From NCBI GenBank assembly GCA_944321705.1, contig CALUMG010000009.1:9418-73417 (forward strand): a DNA stretch of 64,000 bases. Direction: 5' to 3'. This DNA is from an uncultured Muribaculaceae bacterium. Its GTDB lineage: Bacteria; Bacteroidota; Bacteroidia; Bacteroidales; Muribaculaceae. Under the pieces are notes generated by a model that did not search any database, was not told where the DNA came from, and saw only the letters and a list, made by a program, of their open reading frames with translations. How positions within the stretch are numbered: position 1 is the stretch's first letter; each line of letters opens with the position of its first letter. Position numbers and translations under genes: made by a program. Positions 10,578 to 19,993 of this stretch are shown here, one piece after another.

Positions 10578-11573
10578 ATGTATTTTAGATTCTTGCTCTG
10601 CGCGTTTCTGTTGATGTTCTCCTCGCTGTCGGCATTTTCTGTCAATTGGGATCGTGATATTCTGAATGATGGGTATGAAAGTACTTATATAAATTTGAAT
10701 CCTGATTATTCGGGAGATGTGAGAGTCTCGTTGGTTAGAAAATTATGTATACATGAAAGTCACAAGGCGGTATTGTATGTCCATGGCTATAATGATTATT
10801 TCTTTCAAAAAGAATTAGGCAATCGATTTATAGGTAACGGGTATGATTTTTATGCCTTGGATTTGAGAAAATATGGCAGGTCTTACATGCAAGGCCAGGA
10901 ATTGTTTGAAGTAAGGGATTTGTCGGAATACTTTGAAGAAATAAAAGCAGCTCTTGGCTTAATTACAGGAAGCGGCTGTGATGAAATTATTTTGATGGGG
11001 CATTCGACTGGCGGATTGATATTGTCTTATTTTATGGCTAAAGGTATGGATGCAGGGTATCCTGTGAAAGCATTATTGCTTAACAGCCCGTTCCTTGACA
11101 TGAATCTTGACACCATTACCGAAGATTATTTATTGCCTTTAGTTGCATGGCTTTCTATTTTGAATAACGATATAAAAATCAATCAAGGAGCTGATGATTT
11201 ATATGCAAGGAGTTTATTGAAAGAATATGAAGGGGAGTGGGAGTATGATACGTCTTGGAAATTGGTCGTATCTCCTGATGTGACAGTCGGATGGCTGCAC
11301 GCAATTACCGGCGCTCAAAAATTTTTACACAAAGGCGTTGATATAAGACAACCTATACTACTTATGCGCTCGGAAAGAAGTTCAGCTGATTATCTACTGT
11401 CCGATATGGTCCTCGATGTTGATGAAATATCAAAATATGGGAAGCGACTTGGGCAAGATGTTACGGAATTTGTTGTAAAAAATGGCTTGCATGACTTATT
11501 TCTGTCAAGCAAGCCAGTACGTTATCCTTTATATGCGGCAATGTTCAATTGGCTGCAAACAAAAGGATTATAG
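10578..11573 (+). CDS. alpha/beta hydrolase (lysophospholipase / S33-like), secreted
   Basis: Signal peptide, HGYNDY oxyanion region, and nucleophile elbow GHSTGG. Confidence 0.72.
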   Translation: MYFRFLLCAFLLMFSSLSAFSVNWDRDILNDGYESTYINLNPDYSGDVRVSLVRKLCIHESHKAVLYVHGYNDYFFQKELGNRFIGNGYDFYALDLRKYGRSYMQGQELFEVRDLSEYFEEIKAALGLITGSGCDEIILMGHSTGGLILSYFMAKGMDAGYPVKALLLNSPFLDMNLDTITEDYLLPLVAWLSILNNDIKINQGADDLYARSLLKEYEGEWEYDTSWKLVVSPDVTVGWLHAITGAQKFLHKGVDIRQPILLMRSERSSADYLLSDMVLDVDEISKYGKRLGQDVTEFVVKNGLHDLFLSSKPVRYPLYAAMFNWLQTKGL

Positions 11574-12416
11574 TTTCTGTTTAGTTTGTTCTATTTGTTT
11601 CCTTGCAATCTCCAAGCGCTTGTTTAAGTATAGTTTTGTCCTTTCGGCCTTTAATCCTTCTTGTATCGCATTTGAATAATTATAGGATTTGGCGATTGCT
11701 TCTTTCAGAGTCTTGTTTAATGTGATTGCATAGGTAGATGAACCTACGAATTCGAGTTTTAATTGCTTTGATGCATTATCGACAATGAACTGGCAAAAAT
11801 CAGAACATTGGTCGGCATGGAATGTAACCATTTCGTTGCTTATTCCTTCAACAGTAAATCTATAGTTTTGAGATTTGTCGTATGGAACAGAGGCCGTTTC
11901 GGCCGAAGCGCCATCGGAAGATGTTACCCTCAGTTTGGTATGTTTTACTGCTCGGCCATTAAGCAAAGACACTATGTAGAGTAGTCCGTTGTCATCAACG
12001 CGAGGCTCTATCCCGGTTCTGTTTATTAGCGCATTTTTTGCAATAGTTTTGTATACTCTATAATTTTCGACTAAATCGGGATTCTTTATTACAGTAAAGT
12101 CTTTGCCAATTTCTTCGACTATTGGCATATTGGCTTTTATCACACTGTCGGCTTGAGCCAACCGAATCATTGTCGATTGCTCTTGAGCTAAAGCCATCAG
12201 GTACATCCCTTGTCGTACAATATTGGTTTCGGCAGGGTATTTCTTGTATAAGGAATCAAGAACAGACATTGTGCTGTCGTATTGTCGATTATTATATAGC
12301 GATTGAGCCGTGTTCAATACAGCTTGCGCTTTCTCGCTGTTATCATTGCTGCACGAGATTGCCGCCAATAGCAGTATTGCAGCAAGCAATGATTTAATTG
12401 TTACTCCTTTGGACAT
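11568..12416 (-). CDS. hypothetical lipoprotein
   Basis: Lipobox LLLAAISCSND. No recognisable domain. It overlaps the RSH gene stop by 23 nt, suggesting co-transcription. Confidence 0.5.
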   Translation of the reverse strand: MSKGVTIKSLLAAILLLAAISCSNDNSEKAQAVLNTAQSLYNNRQYDSTMSVLDSLYKKYPAETNIVRQGMYLMALAQEQSTMIRLAQADSVIKANMPIVEEIGKDFTVIKNPDLVENYRVYKTIAKNALINRTGIEPRVDDNGLLYIVSLLNGRAVKHTKLRVTSSDGASAETASVPYDKSQNYRFTVEGISNEMVTFHADQCSDFCQFIVDNASKQLKLEFVGSSTYAITLNKTLKEAIAKSYNYSNAIQEGLKAERTKLYLNKRLEIARKQIEQTKQKL

Positions 12417-14595
12417 CTTTTACTCCTTTTATTGTTTTGATTTTTTTTATTAACTCGTTTAAAGAATCGGTATTATTGACACCTATCACAAGAAACCCCC
12501 TGAAGATTCCATCATTTGAGTCAATGGAAATACTCCTGAGAGAAGTGTCTTTTTCCTTGTTGATAAGTGAGGTTATGTTGGTGACAATTCCAATATCGTC
12601 ATTGCCGATTATTTTTAATGTTACGGCAAATTGTCCTCCAAGGCGACCCGACCATGCTGCATCGATGCGGCGATAAGGATATTTTTGAATTAAATGTCGT
12701 AAATTACCGCAATCGGCACGGTGGATTTTAATAGCCCCGTCATTGGATATGAAACCAACCACATCATCGCCTATAATAGGATTGCAACATCTTGATAATT
12801 TGTAATTCATGCCGTCCACGTTGTTGCCTATTATGAGCATGTCGCGTGATTGCGTAGCATTGTCTTCGTGTTGTTGCAGGATGAAATTTTCGGCCGATTC
12901 GGGGATGTTGGCCGAGTTGTCATGTTCTCCGACATTGAGATACGTTTCTATCACATCGTTAATGTCGAGCTTTTCTTTTAAGTCGACATAAAAGTCGGTT
13001 GCGGTTTTGTATCCGAGTTTTTTTATTGTTTTGGTGAGTGTGGCATCATCGATGTCTATTTTTCTGTTTTTGAACCGGCGTTGCAGCAATTCCTTGCCTA
13101 ATCCGGCATTTTTGGAGGTTATTTCATTGATAGCTTGGCGAATTTTGTTCCTAGCCTTTGAAGTAACAACAAAATTTATCCAATCGGGTTTTGGTGTTTG
13201 AGCCGATGATGTCAATATTTCAATTGTATCACCACTGTTCAATTTATAGGTGATTTTTTTGTTTTTGCCATTGACTTTGCCGCCAATACATGTTGAACCG
13301 ATGTTGGAATGTATCGCAAAGGCAAAATCAAGAAGAGTCGCACCTGCCGGTAGCCTGAACAAGTCTCCTTTTGGAGTGAAAACAAATACTTCCTTGTCGT
13401 AGACGTCCATTTTCATGTCGCGCATAAGTTCGGTAGGAGTATTGCTTGCTTCGAGCATGTCCCTGATGTTATTCATCCAGACATCCAGGTCTCCTTCGCT
13501 TTTCAATCCTTTGTATTTCCAATGAGCAGCAAGTCCCCGTTCGGCTATTTCGTCCATTCGTTTGGTTCTGATTTGAACTTCTACCCATTTTTGTGATGGG
13601 CCAGACACGGTAATATGTAGTGATTCATATCCATTTGACTTTGGATTGGAAATCCAATCTTTAAGTCTTGAGGTATTAGCCGTGTACATGTCGGTGACTA
13701 TTGAATAAGCAAGCCAACAGTCGGATTTTTCCTTATTCAAAGGCGTGTCGATTATTATGCGAATTGCGAACAGGTCAAATATGTCATCTACATCGGCATG
13801 TTGCTTTTTCATTTTGTTCCATATGGAACTTATTGATTTAGTGCGTCCTTTTATCTCAAAGTTTAAATTCGTTTTTTCGAGAGCCGCTTTCAATGGCCTA
13901 ATGAAGTCATCTATATATTTGTCGCGTTCGACTTTTGTTTCATTCAATTTGTGCGCGATTTGCGTATATGTCGCACGGTCGGTGTATTTTAGCGACATAT
14001 CTTCGAGTTCCGACTTGATTTTATACAAACCGAGCTTGTGCGCTAAAGGGGCATATAAGTATTTGGCTTCAGATGAAATGTCGTGCACGAATTTCTCGTT
14101 TGGATGATGGTTTATCATTTTCATCACGCCAAGCCTGTCGACAATCATGATTAATATGACTCTGATATCTTCGGCAAACGTGAGTAGCAATTTGTGAAAA
14201 TTTTCACTTTCCACTGCAGCTTGCTTCTTATATAGAGAGGATATTTTTATCAATCCCGAAATTAATTTGCAAGTATCGTCGCCAAACAAATTTTTCAATT
14301 CGGTTTCAGTTATGAATTCCGACTTGCATAAATTATACAATAACACGGCAATAATCATGTTGCGGTCGGCTTTAATGTTTTCGGCCAAAAGTATTGCAGT
14401 GTTCAAGTTTCGGATAGTAGGATTTATCCCATACTTGTCACGATGATAGCGGTTTTGCGCTATGCCATTTTTTATTATTCTGTGTATGTTTGTGATGTCA
14501 GCTTGACTTAAAATCCCTGTTGTCAACTTTATCAATGTTTTGCATTGTCCCAGCACAAGGATTTTTTCATTGTCGGTAAAGTAATTTTCGAACAT
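12394..14595 (-). CDS. relA: long RelA/SpoT-homolog (p)ppGpp synthetase with degenerate hydrolase motifs
   Basis: Synthetase core RTKSISSIWNKM...LFAIRIIID...YESLHITV...VEVQIRTKRMDEIAERGLAAHWKYK, a TGS domain (VFTPKGDLFRLPAGATLLDFAFAIHSNIG), and a C-terminal ACT domain. Start trimmed to MFENYF. Confidence 0.88.
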   Translation of the reverse strand: MFENYFTDNEKILVLGQCKTLIKLTTGILSQADITNIHRIIKNGIAQNRYHRDKYGINPTIRNLNTAILLAENIKADRNMIIAVLLYNLCKSEFITETELKNLFGDDTCKLISGLIKISSLYKKQAAVESENFHKLLLTFAEDIRVILIMIVDRLGVMKMINHHPNEKFVHDISSEAKYLYAPLAHKLGLYKIKSELEDMSLKYTDRATYTQIAHKLNETKVERDKYIDDFIRPLKAALEKTNLNFEIKGRTKSISSIWNKMKKQHADVDDIFDLFAIRIIIDTPLNKEKSDCWLAYSIVTDMYTANTSRLKDWISNPKSNGYESLHITVSGPSQKWVEVQIRTKRMDEIAERGLAAHWKYKGLKSEGDLDVWMNNIRDMLEASNTPTELMRDMKMDVYDKEVFVFTPKGDLFRLPAGATLLDFAFAIHSNIGSTCIGGKVNGKNKKITYKLNSGDTIEILTSSAQTPKPDWINFVVTSKARNKIRQAINEITSKNAGLGKELLQRRFKNRKIDIDDATLTKTIKKLGYKTATDFYVDLKEKLDINDVIETYLNVGEHDNSANIPESAENFILQQHEDNATQSRDMLIIGNNVDGMNYKLSRCCNPIIGDDVVGFISNDGAIKIHRADCGNLRHLIQKYPYRRIDAAWSGRLGGQFAVTLKIIGNDDIGIVTNITSLINKEKDTSLRSISIDSNDGIFRGFLVIGVNNTDSLNELIKKIKTIKGVKDVQRSNN

Positions 14596-14672
14596 TTCCA
14601 AAACGATGAAAAATTTGCACGAATATATTAAAAAAATATGCAATTTATAATAAGGTATTGCATAAAAAATAT

Positions 14673-14680
14673 TATTTTTG
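14673..14680 (+). promoter_or_regulatory. -7 box TATTTTTG
   Basis: Matches TAnnTTTG, 24 nt upstream of the ATG at 14704. Confidence 0.4.
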
Positions 14681-14703
14681 ATTACATATTAATATTTTAA
14701 AAC

Positions 14704-16224
14704 ATGTTGACTGCCGAAGATTTAAAACAATTGGAAGAAAAAGGGATTACACTTGAAATGTTTAAATCTCAAATCGAGCGTTTTAAGACAGGTTTCCCGT
14801 ATTTGAAAATTAAATCGGTTGCCACAGTGGGCAATGGAATTACAAAACTTACTGAAAGTGAGGAATTGCTGTGCATTAAATTGTGGGATGATTATTTGAA
14901 TGAAGGAAACAAGGTGATGAAATTTGTCCCGGCGTCGGGTGCTGCGAGCAGGATGTTCAAGAATTTGTTTGAGTTCGTATCATCCGGGCGCAACAAACCA
15001 GAAACCGATTTCGAGAAGAAATTTTTTGAAGGAATCAAAAAATTTGCATTTTACGAAGCCCTTGATTCTGCATGCAAAGCGAAATATGGCGATGGGATTG
15101 ATACCCTTATTAATAAAGGTGAATTTGTGAATGTTGTCAAGTGCTTGATAACTGATGACGGCTTGAATTATGGCAATATGCCAAAAGGATTGTTGCAGTT
15201 CCATAAAACAGGTTTGTCAATACATACTCCTGTAGAAGAGCATCTCGAAGAAGGGGCACAATATGCAAAAGACAAGAATAATGTAGTCAATCTTCATTTC
15301 ACAGTTTCTCCCGAACACAGGAAAGAATTTGTAAACCTGATAGAGAAAAAAGTGCCCGAAATGGAGAAAGAGTGGGGCGTGAAATATAATATCTCGATGT
15401 CGGAGCAAAAATCATCTACCGATACTATTGCCGTAACCATGGATAATGAGCCTTACAGGGAAAATGGCAGGTTGCTGTTCCGTCCTGCCGGTCATGGCGC
15501 ATTGCTTGAAAACTTGAACGAGATTGATGCAGATGTCGTGTTTATAAAAAATATCGATAATGTAGTTCCAAGGAAACTGCGCGACATTACCGTAAAATAT
15601 AAAAAGGTAATAGGCGGTTATCTGATTTATGTGCAGCGCAAAATTTCGGAATACATAAAATTGCTTGAGTCGGGAAAATATGACATGGCTGATGTCAGAG
15701 ATATTATTTCATTCATGCACGACGTTTTATGCACGAGATATAGTGAAACAAAACAGTTGGAAGATTCAGAATTGGCAATATATTTATTAAGGAAGCTAAA
15801 ACGTCCTGTTAGGGTGTGCGGTGTTGTAAAGAACGATGGAGAACCGGGCGGTGGTCCGTATATTGCATATAATGCCGATGGAACAAGCTCTCCGCAAATT
15901 TTGGAAAGTGCCCAATTTGATAAAAACAATCCGGCTTCGGTCGAATTAATAAAGCAAGGCAGTCATTTCAATCCCGTGGACTTGGTATGTTATATCAAAG
16001 ATGAGACGGGAAAAAATTATAATCTCAAGGATTTTGTAGACATAAACACCGGTCTTATTTCTGAAAAGTCAAAATCGGGAGTGACAATCAAGGCATTGGA
16101 ATTGCCCGGATTGTGGAATGGCTCCATGAGTGACTGGAATACGGTTTTCATTGAAGTGCCGATTGAAACGTTCAATCCTGTAAAGACTGTAAATGACTTG
16201 TTGCGGGCTCAACACCAAGGTTAA
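14704..16224 (+). CDS. DUF4301-like protein (function unknown)
   Basis: 506-aa ORF with coding-like composition. The N-terminus LTAEDLKQLEEKGIT...FKTGFPYLKI recalls the DUF4301 family from memory; this needs an HMM search to confirm. Confidence 0.55.
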   Translation: MLTAEDLKQLEEKGITLEMFKSQIERFKTGFPYLKIKSVATVGNGITKLTESEELLCIKLWDDYLNEGNKVMKFVPASGAASRMFKNLFEFVSSGRNKPETDFEKKFFEGIKKFAFYEALDSACKAKYGDGIDTLINKGEFVNVVKCLITDDGLNYGNMPKGLLQFHKTGLSIHTPVEEHLEEGAQYAKDKNNVVNLHFTVSPEHRKEFVNLIEKKVPEMEKEWGVKYNISMSEQKSSTDTIAVTMDNEPYRENGRLLFRPAGHGALLENLNEIDADVVFIKNIDNVVPRKLRDITVKYKKVIGGYLIYVQRKISEYIKLLESGKYDMADVRDIISFMHDVLCTRYSETKQLEDSELAIYLLRKLKRPVRVCGVVKNDGEPGGGPYIAYNADGTSSPQILESAQFDKNNPASVELIKQGSHFNPVDLVCYIKDETGKNYNLKDFVDINTGLISEKSKSGVTIKALELPGLWNGSMSDWNTVFIEVPIETFNPVKTVNDLLRAQHQG

Positions 16225-16244
16225 CATTATAAATTTGTTTTAAT

Positions 16245-16699
16245 ATGAGATTTTTAATGTCAATAGCAGTTTCTATGTTTTTCATGATTGTGCCGTTTGT
16301 TTCTGTAATGGCTCAAAATGATGGCAAAGTAGTGGAATTGACGCAGGCAAGTTTAAAGTTCTTGTCAATGATTACACCGATGCTACGACATGGAAATTCA
16401 ATGGAGCCCGTCATGCTGTAATTGATTTTTCGGCTACATGGTGCGGCCCTTGCAAGAGATTGTCTCCCATATTGGATGAATTGGCTGCAGAATACGCAGG
16501 TGAGATTGATTTTTATAAAGTTGATGTCGATAAAAATAAAGATTTGGCTCAAGCCTATGGGGTAACATCCGTGCCTATGGTGTTGTTTTGTCCTGCAGAT
16601 GGGAGCAAGCCCACGGTTATAACCGGAGCATATCCCAAAGAGGAGTTGCAGAAAGTCATTGAATATGTATTTAAGAAAAAGAGTAACAAAAGTCATTGA
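16245..16699 (+). pseudogene. secreted thioredoxin interrupted by a 1-nt frame change
   Basis: The frame from ATG 16245 gives a signal peptide plus AQNDGKVVELTQAS and stops at 16419. The -1 frame (open from 16322) gives FKVLVNDYTDATTWKFNGARHAVIDFSATWCGPCKRLSPILDELAAEY... to 16699. The junction is at AGT TTA AAG, 16350-16358. Confidence 0.7.
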
Positions 16700-16731
16700 C
16701 TATTTGTTTAATTAATAAAGTATTTTTCGTT

Positions 16732-16782
16732 AATTTGCCGAGGTACTGATTGTTGAAGATTTGACCCCGGCAAATTATTTTG
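16732..16782 (+). terminator. possible terminator after the thioredoxin gene
   Basis: AATTTGCCG (16732-16740) pairs with CGGCAAATT (16768-16776), followed by ATTTTG. The large loop makes this weak. Confidence 0.35.
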
Positions 16783-16881
16783 TCACAAGTATTTGAAAGG
16801 GAAAAATCATTGTTTCCCGTGATGTTGGTTTCATGTTAAATGGTTTACTTTGTGATATGTAATTTACTAAATCATGTTAAT

Positions 16882-19704
16882 ATGAAATCATCAAGGTCAG
16901 TTTTATTATTACTTTTTATCGCTTGCATTATAAATACGGCTTCGGCCGGCAATGCAAAGGATGCTATTACCGTAGCCGAGAAGTTTTTCATAGAGAAATT
17001 GGGAATTAAGCCTTCTGATGGTTTACTTGTCGCAGCTAACGCAAGTGAAGAAGATTCTACCATTAAGTTGAATTCGTCGGAAAAGAGTTCAGACTATTAT
17101 GCTTATAATGCAAATGGATGTTTTGTTGTCATGGTAGCTGGCGGCAATGACATGCATGTGGCTGGATATGGTACAAACGGGCATTTTTCATTTGAAGGAA
17201 TGCCCGAAGCTCTTGCAATTTGGCTTGCCGATTATAAAAAAACAATGGATGCCGGATTATATGATGCTCAGGAAGGCAAGCAGATTTTTGAGCCAGTGTC
17301 GCCTATGATAACGACAAAATGGGGACAAGGTGAGCCATATAATAACTTGTGTCCTAAATATCAGGGTAGAAACCTTTACACCGGTTGCATGGCGACGGCA
17401 ATGGCTCAAATCCTCAATTATTATCAATCGGAAGCTCCGGGATATGACAAAATTGAATATGTTGATAATTATACGAAAGCTGAAATCAGCGTAGATTTTA
17501 CAAAAATAAACTATGACTGGGACAACATGCTCGATGCATATGGCACAGGTGAATACACCGAGGAACAAGCCAATGCTGTGGCTCGATTGATGGCTGATGC
17601 CGGTGCTGCATTGAAATCGGAATACGGCTATAGTGAGACGAGCGCGTCAATGGCATACGTCGCATTTGATCGTTATTACAATTATAATTGTGAATTTTGG
17701 GTGCGAGAATGGGTGCCGACCGATATATGGATAGAAACTGTCAGAAATGAATTAAAAGCCGGTCGTCCAGTCCTTTATGGCGGTTCATCTGGATTTAAAG
17801 CCCATGCATTTGTAATTGATGGCATGGATGCCGACGGAAATGTGCACATTAATTGGGGATGGAATGGAACCGATGACGGTTATTATGATATAAATTTCTG
17901 CAACCCACCAACAGAGGAGGATGGTGGATATTATTCTAAGCATCAGATGCTTGTCGGTCTGCGTCCCCGCACGGCCGATGAACAGTATGAGGAAAAGTAT
18001 GTCATTGCCGGTTATGTTTACAAGACTGGAGACGTAAATTGGACATGGACAGAAGCTTCAGGTGTCACTACTAATTTTTATGACAGCAGAAAAATTTATT
18101 ACACATCTTGTCTTACTCAAAATGGAGAAATAAAATGGATTAAAGAAAGTGAAAACTATAATGAATTGCAAACGGCATTTCCCGTTTATTATGATATTCA
18201 TGTGTTTGGAAGTGGTCAGGTCGAGGCTGAAGATGGAATATATGACATGAACGTGTTGTATAAATTTGCCGACACCGAAGACGATGAATGGAGATTGATG
18301 GAAATAAATGATTTTGCAACTACCAAGTGCGTCGTTGAAAATGGTGAAGCAACTTCAATATATCCATTTGATGAATCTAAAAATTACAGCTTGGTTAACG
18401 TGGAACCAGCCTGTGAATTGTATGGCAAAGCTCCGATGTATTTAAATATCACTGCCAGAAATAACAGTGAAGGAGTTTCGCTGGGTGGCATGTCGTTTGA
18501 AGTGTCGTTTGTAAGCAAAGAGGATGGGACTGTGTACGGTCCGGAAAGACTGGGTTTCAAGACTCGATATGACAATGTGGATGATTGCGAATTATTTGAA
18601 TTGACTCCTACCAATGAATCCAACGGATTTCGCATGCCGGCAGGGGAATATACGGTCGTATGTGACGACCCGAATGTGACGATGGAAGATGAGTTCACTG
18701 TGACCCTTAGGGATGTAGATTATCCTGTTTTCGGTTATTGGCGTGCGGATTTGTTGTATATAAAGAACACATGGGAATGGAACGACTATTTGTCGGGAAT
18801 AGCATTAAATCGTGAATGGATTGAAGCGGACAACAAGGTGGAAGGGACGACTACTTTCGCATTATATTTGATTGATTCCGCTACCGGAGAGGAAACATTG
18901 CTACAGGCAATTCCTGATGTGGAGATCCCATGTGCAGGTCCATTGGTTGGTGTTTTGCCTGGAAATTTGTATCCTTTAGAAGGTGTTTATAAAGTAGAGA
19001 TGCGTTATCATATTCCGGGAGAAGGAGAAGTCGTGCCGTATTCGCCTGATTATGCCAATGCAGACTTGGATGAAATATACATATTAGGCAGTACTGAAAC
19101 ATCTTTTCCTCAAATTTCAACCACATCCGATCTTTTGGAAAATGTGGATTACTTGCCCACAGGAGAGGCTCAAAATATAATAGTGCCTTTACATAATGAT
19201 GATAATGTTGAGTTCTCGGGTTCTCTTACGGCTTATTTTTATAATGCAGAAGCCGGAGATGCATTCAGCGTGGAAGTAACTGATGTGACTATACCGGCCA
19301 ATGCCGATGCCTCGGTAACCATTCCTGTTACATTTTCCGAAAAAGGAGTATATGTTATGAGTATGCGAGTACTTCATTCATATTCTTCCAATAATGTGCA
19401 AAATATGACATTCGTTACTAATGGAGTAAACAAAAAAGCTTCGTATCGGGTAGGTGTCGGTGTGTCGGGTGTTAACTCGATAGAGAAAAAGTCTTCGATA
19501 AAGGTATATCCAAATCCGGCCGACGACATTATTATTGTAAAAGGAGCCAAGGAAAATTCTATTGTCACAGTTTATTCAACGCTTGGAATGATGATGACAC
19601 GGACAGAGATTGGAGAATCTTCGGTGATTGATGTGTCCGACTATCCGGCAGGAATATATATAATGAATGTAGATGGCGAGACAATCAAATTCGTGAAGAA
19701 ATAA
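16882..19704 (+). CDS. C10 (streptopain-family) cysteine peptidase with T9SS C-terminal sorting domain
   Basis: Signal peptide and a Spi-like prodomain. Catalytic Cys context TKWGQGEPYNNLCP...YTGCMATAMAQILNYY and His context AHAFVIDGMD...NWGWNG. C-terminal KVYPNPADDIIIVKG...GIYIMNVDGETIKFVKK is a Por/T9SS CTD. Start trimmed to MKSSRS. Confidence 0.8.
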   Translation: MKSSRSVLLLLFIACIINTASAGNAKDAITVAEKFFIEKLGIKPSDGLLVAANASEEDSTIKLNSSEKSSDYYAYNANGCFVVMVAGGNDMHVAGYGTNGHFSFEGMPEALAIWLADYKKTMDAGLYDAQEGKQIFEPVSPMITTKWGQGEPYNNLCPKYQGRNLYTGCMATAMAQILNYYQSEAPGYDKIEYVDNYTKAEISVDFTKINYDWDNMLDAYGTGEYTEEQANAVARLMADAGAALKSEYGYSETSASMAYVAFDRYYNYNCEFWVREWVPTDIWIETVRNELKAGRPVLYGGSSGFKAHAFVIDGMDADGNVHINWGWNGTDDGYYDINFCNPPTEEDGGYYSKHQMLVGLRPRTADEQYEEKYVIAGYVYKTGDVNWTWTEASGVTTNFYDSRKIYYTSCLTQNGEIKWIKESENYNELQTAFPVYYDIHVFGSGQVEAEDGIYDMNVLYKFADTEDDEWRLMEINDFATTKCVVENGEATSIYPFDESKNYSLVNVEPACELYGKAPMYLNITARNNSEGVSLGGMSFEVSFVSKEDGTVYGPERLGFKTRYDNVDDCELFELTPTNESNGFRMPAGEYTVVCDDPNVTMEDEFTVTLRDVDYPVFGYWRADLLYIKNTWEWNDYLSGIALNREWIEADNKVEGTTTFALYLIDSATGEETLLQAIPDVEIPCAGPLVGVLPGNLYPLEGVYKVEMRYHIPGEGEVVPYSPDYANADLDEIYILGSTETSFPQISTTSDLLENVDYLPTGEAQNIIVPLHNDDNVEFSGSLTAYFYNAEAGDAFSVEVTDVTIPANADASVTIPVTFSEKGVYVMSMRVLHSYSSNNVQNMTFVTNGVNKKASYRVGVGVSGVNSIEKKSSIKVYPNPADDIIIVKGAKENSIVTVYSTLGMMMTRTEIGESSVIDVSDYPAGIYIMNVDGETIKFVKK

Positions 19705-19737
19705 TTTTTGTCACAATTTTTGTTTGGAATTGGTTTA

Positions 19738-19775
19738 GGGCGAATGTGTCGTTTTCGACACGTTCGCCTTTGTTG
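19738..19775 (+). terminator. intrinsic terminator after the C10 peptidase gene
   Basis: GGCGAATGTGTCG (19739-19751) pairs with CGACACGTTCGCC (19756-19768), followed by TTTGTTG. Confidence 0.6.
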
Positions 19776-19958
19776 TCATGATATGCAATGGTTTAATGTG
19801 TAATGAAATGCATGTGTGAAAAATTACGTTAATCCGTTTCCCTTGGATAATACTGACTTTTGTTTAATTTTGTATCTTTGGATAAGATAGGAAGGTGTTT
19901 CGGCAGTGACAAAAACTTGAACCTATTCAAGTTTTTTGTCATTGCGCTCAACTTTCAT

Positions 19959-19966
19959 TATCTTTG
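19959..19966 (+). promoter_or_regulatory. -7 box TATCTTTG for the LysE-family gene
   Basis: Matches TAnnTTTG, 28 nt upstream of the ATG at 19994. A second identical octamer lies at 19873-19880. Confidence 0.45.
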
Positions 19967-19993
19967 TTTTTAAAACCAGTTGAGTTTAGATTT

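Noticed and set aside
16313-16696. 127-aa minus-strand ORF.
   Set aside because: It is antisense to the clearly recognisable thioredoxin coding sequence, so it is a shadow ORF.
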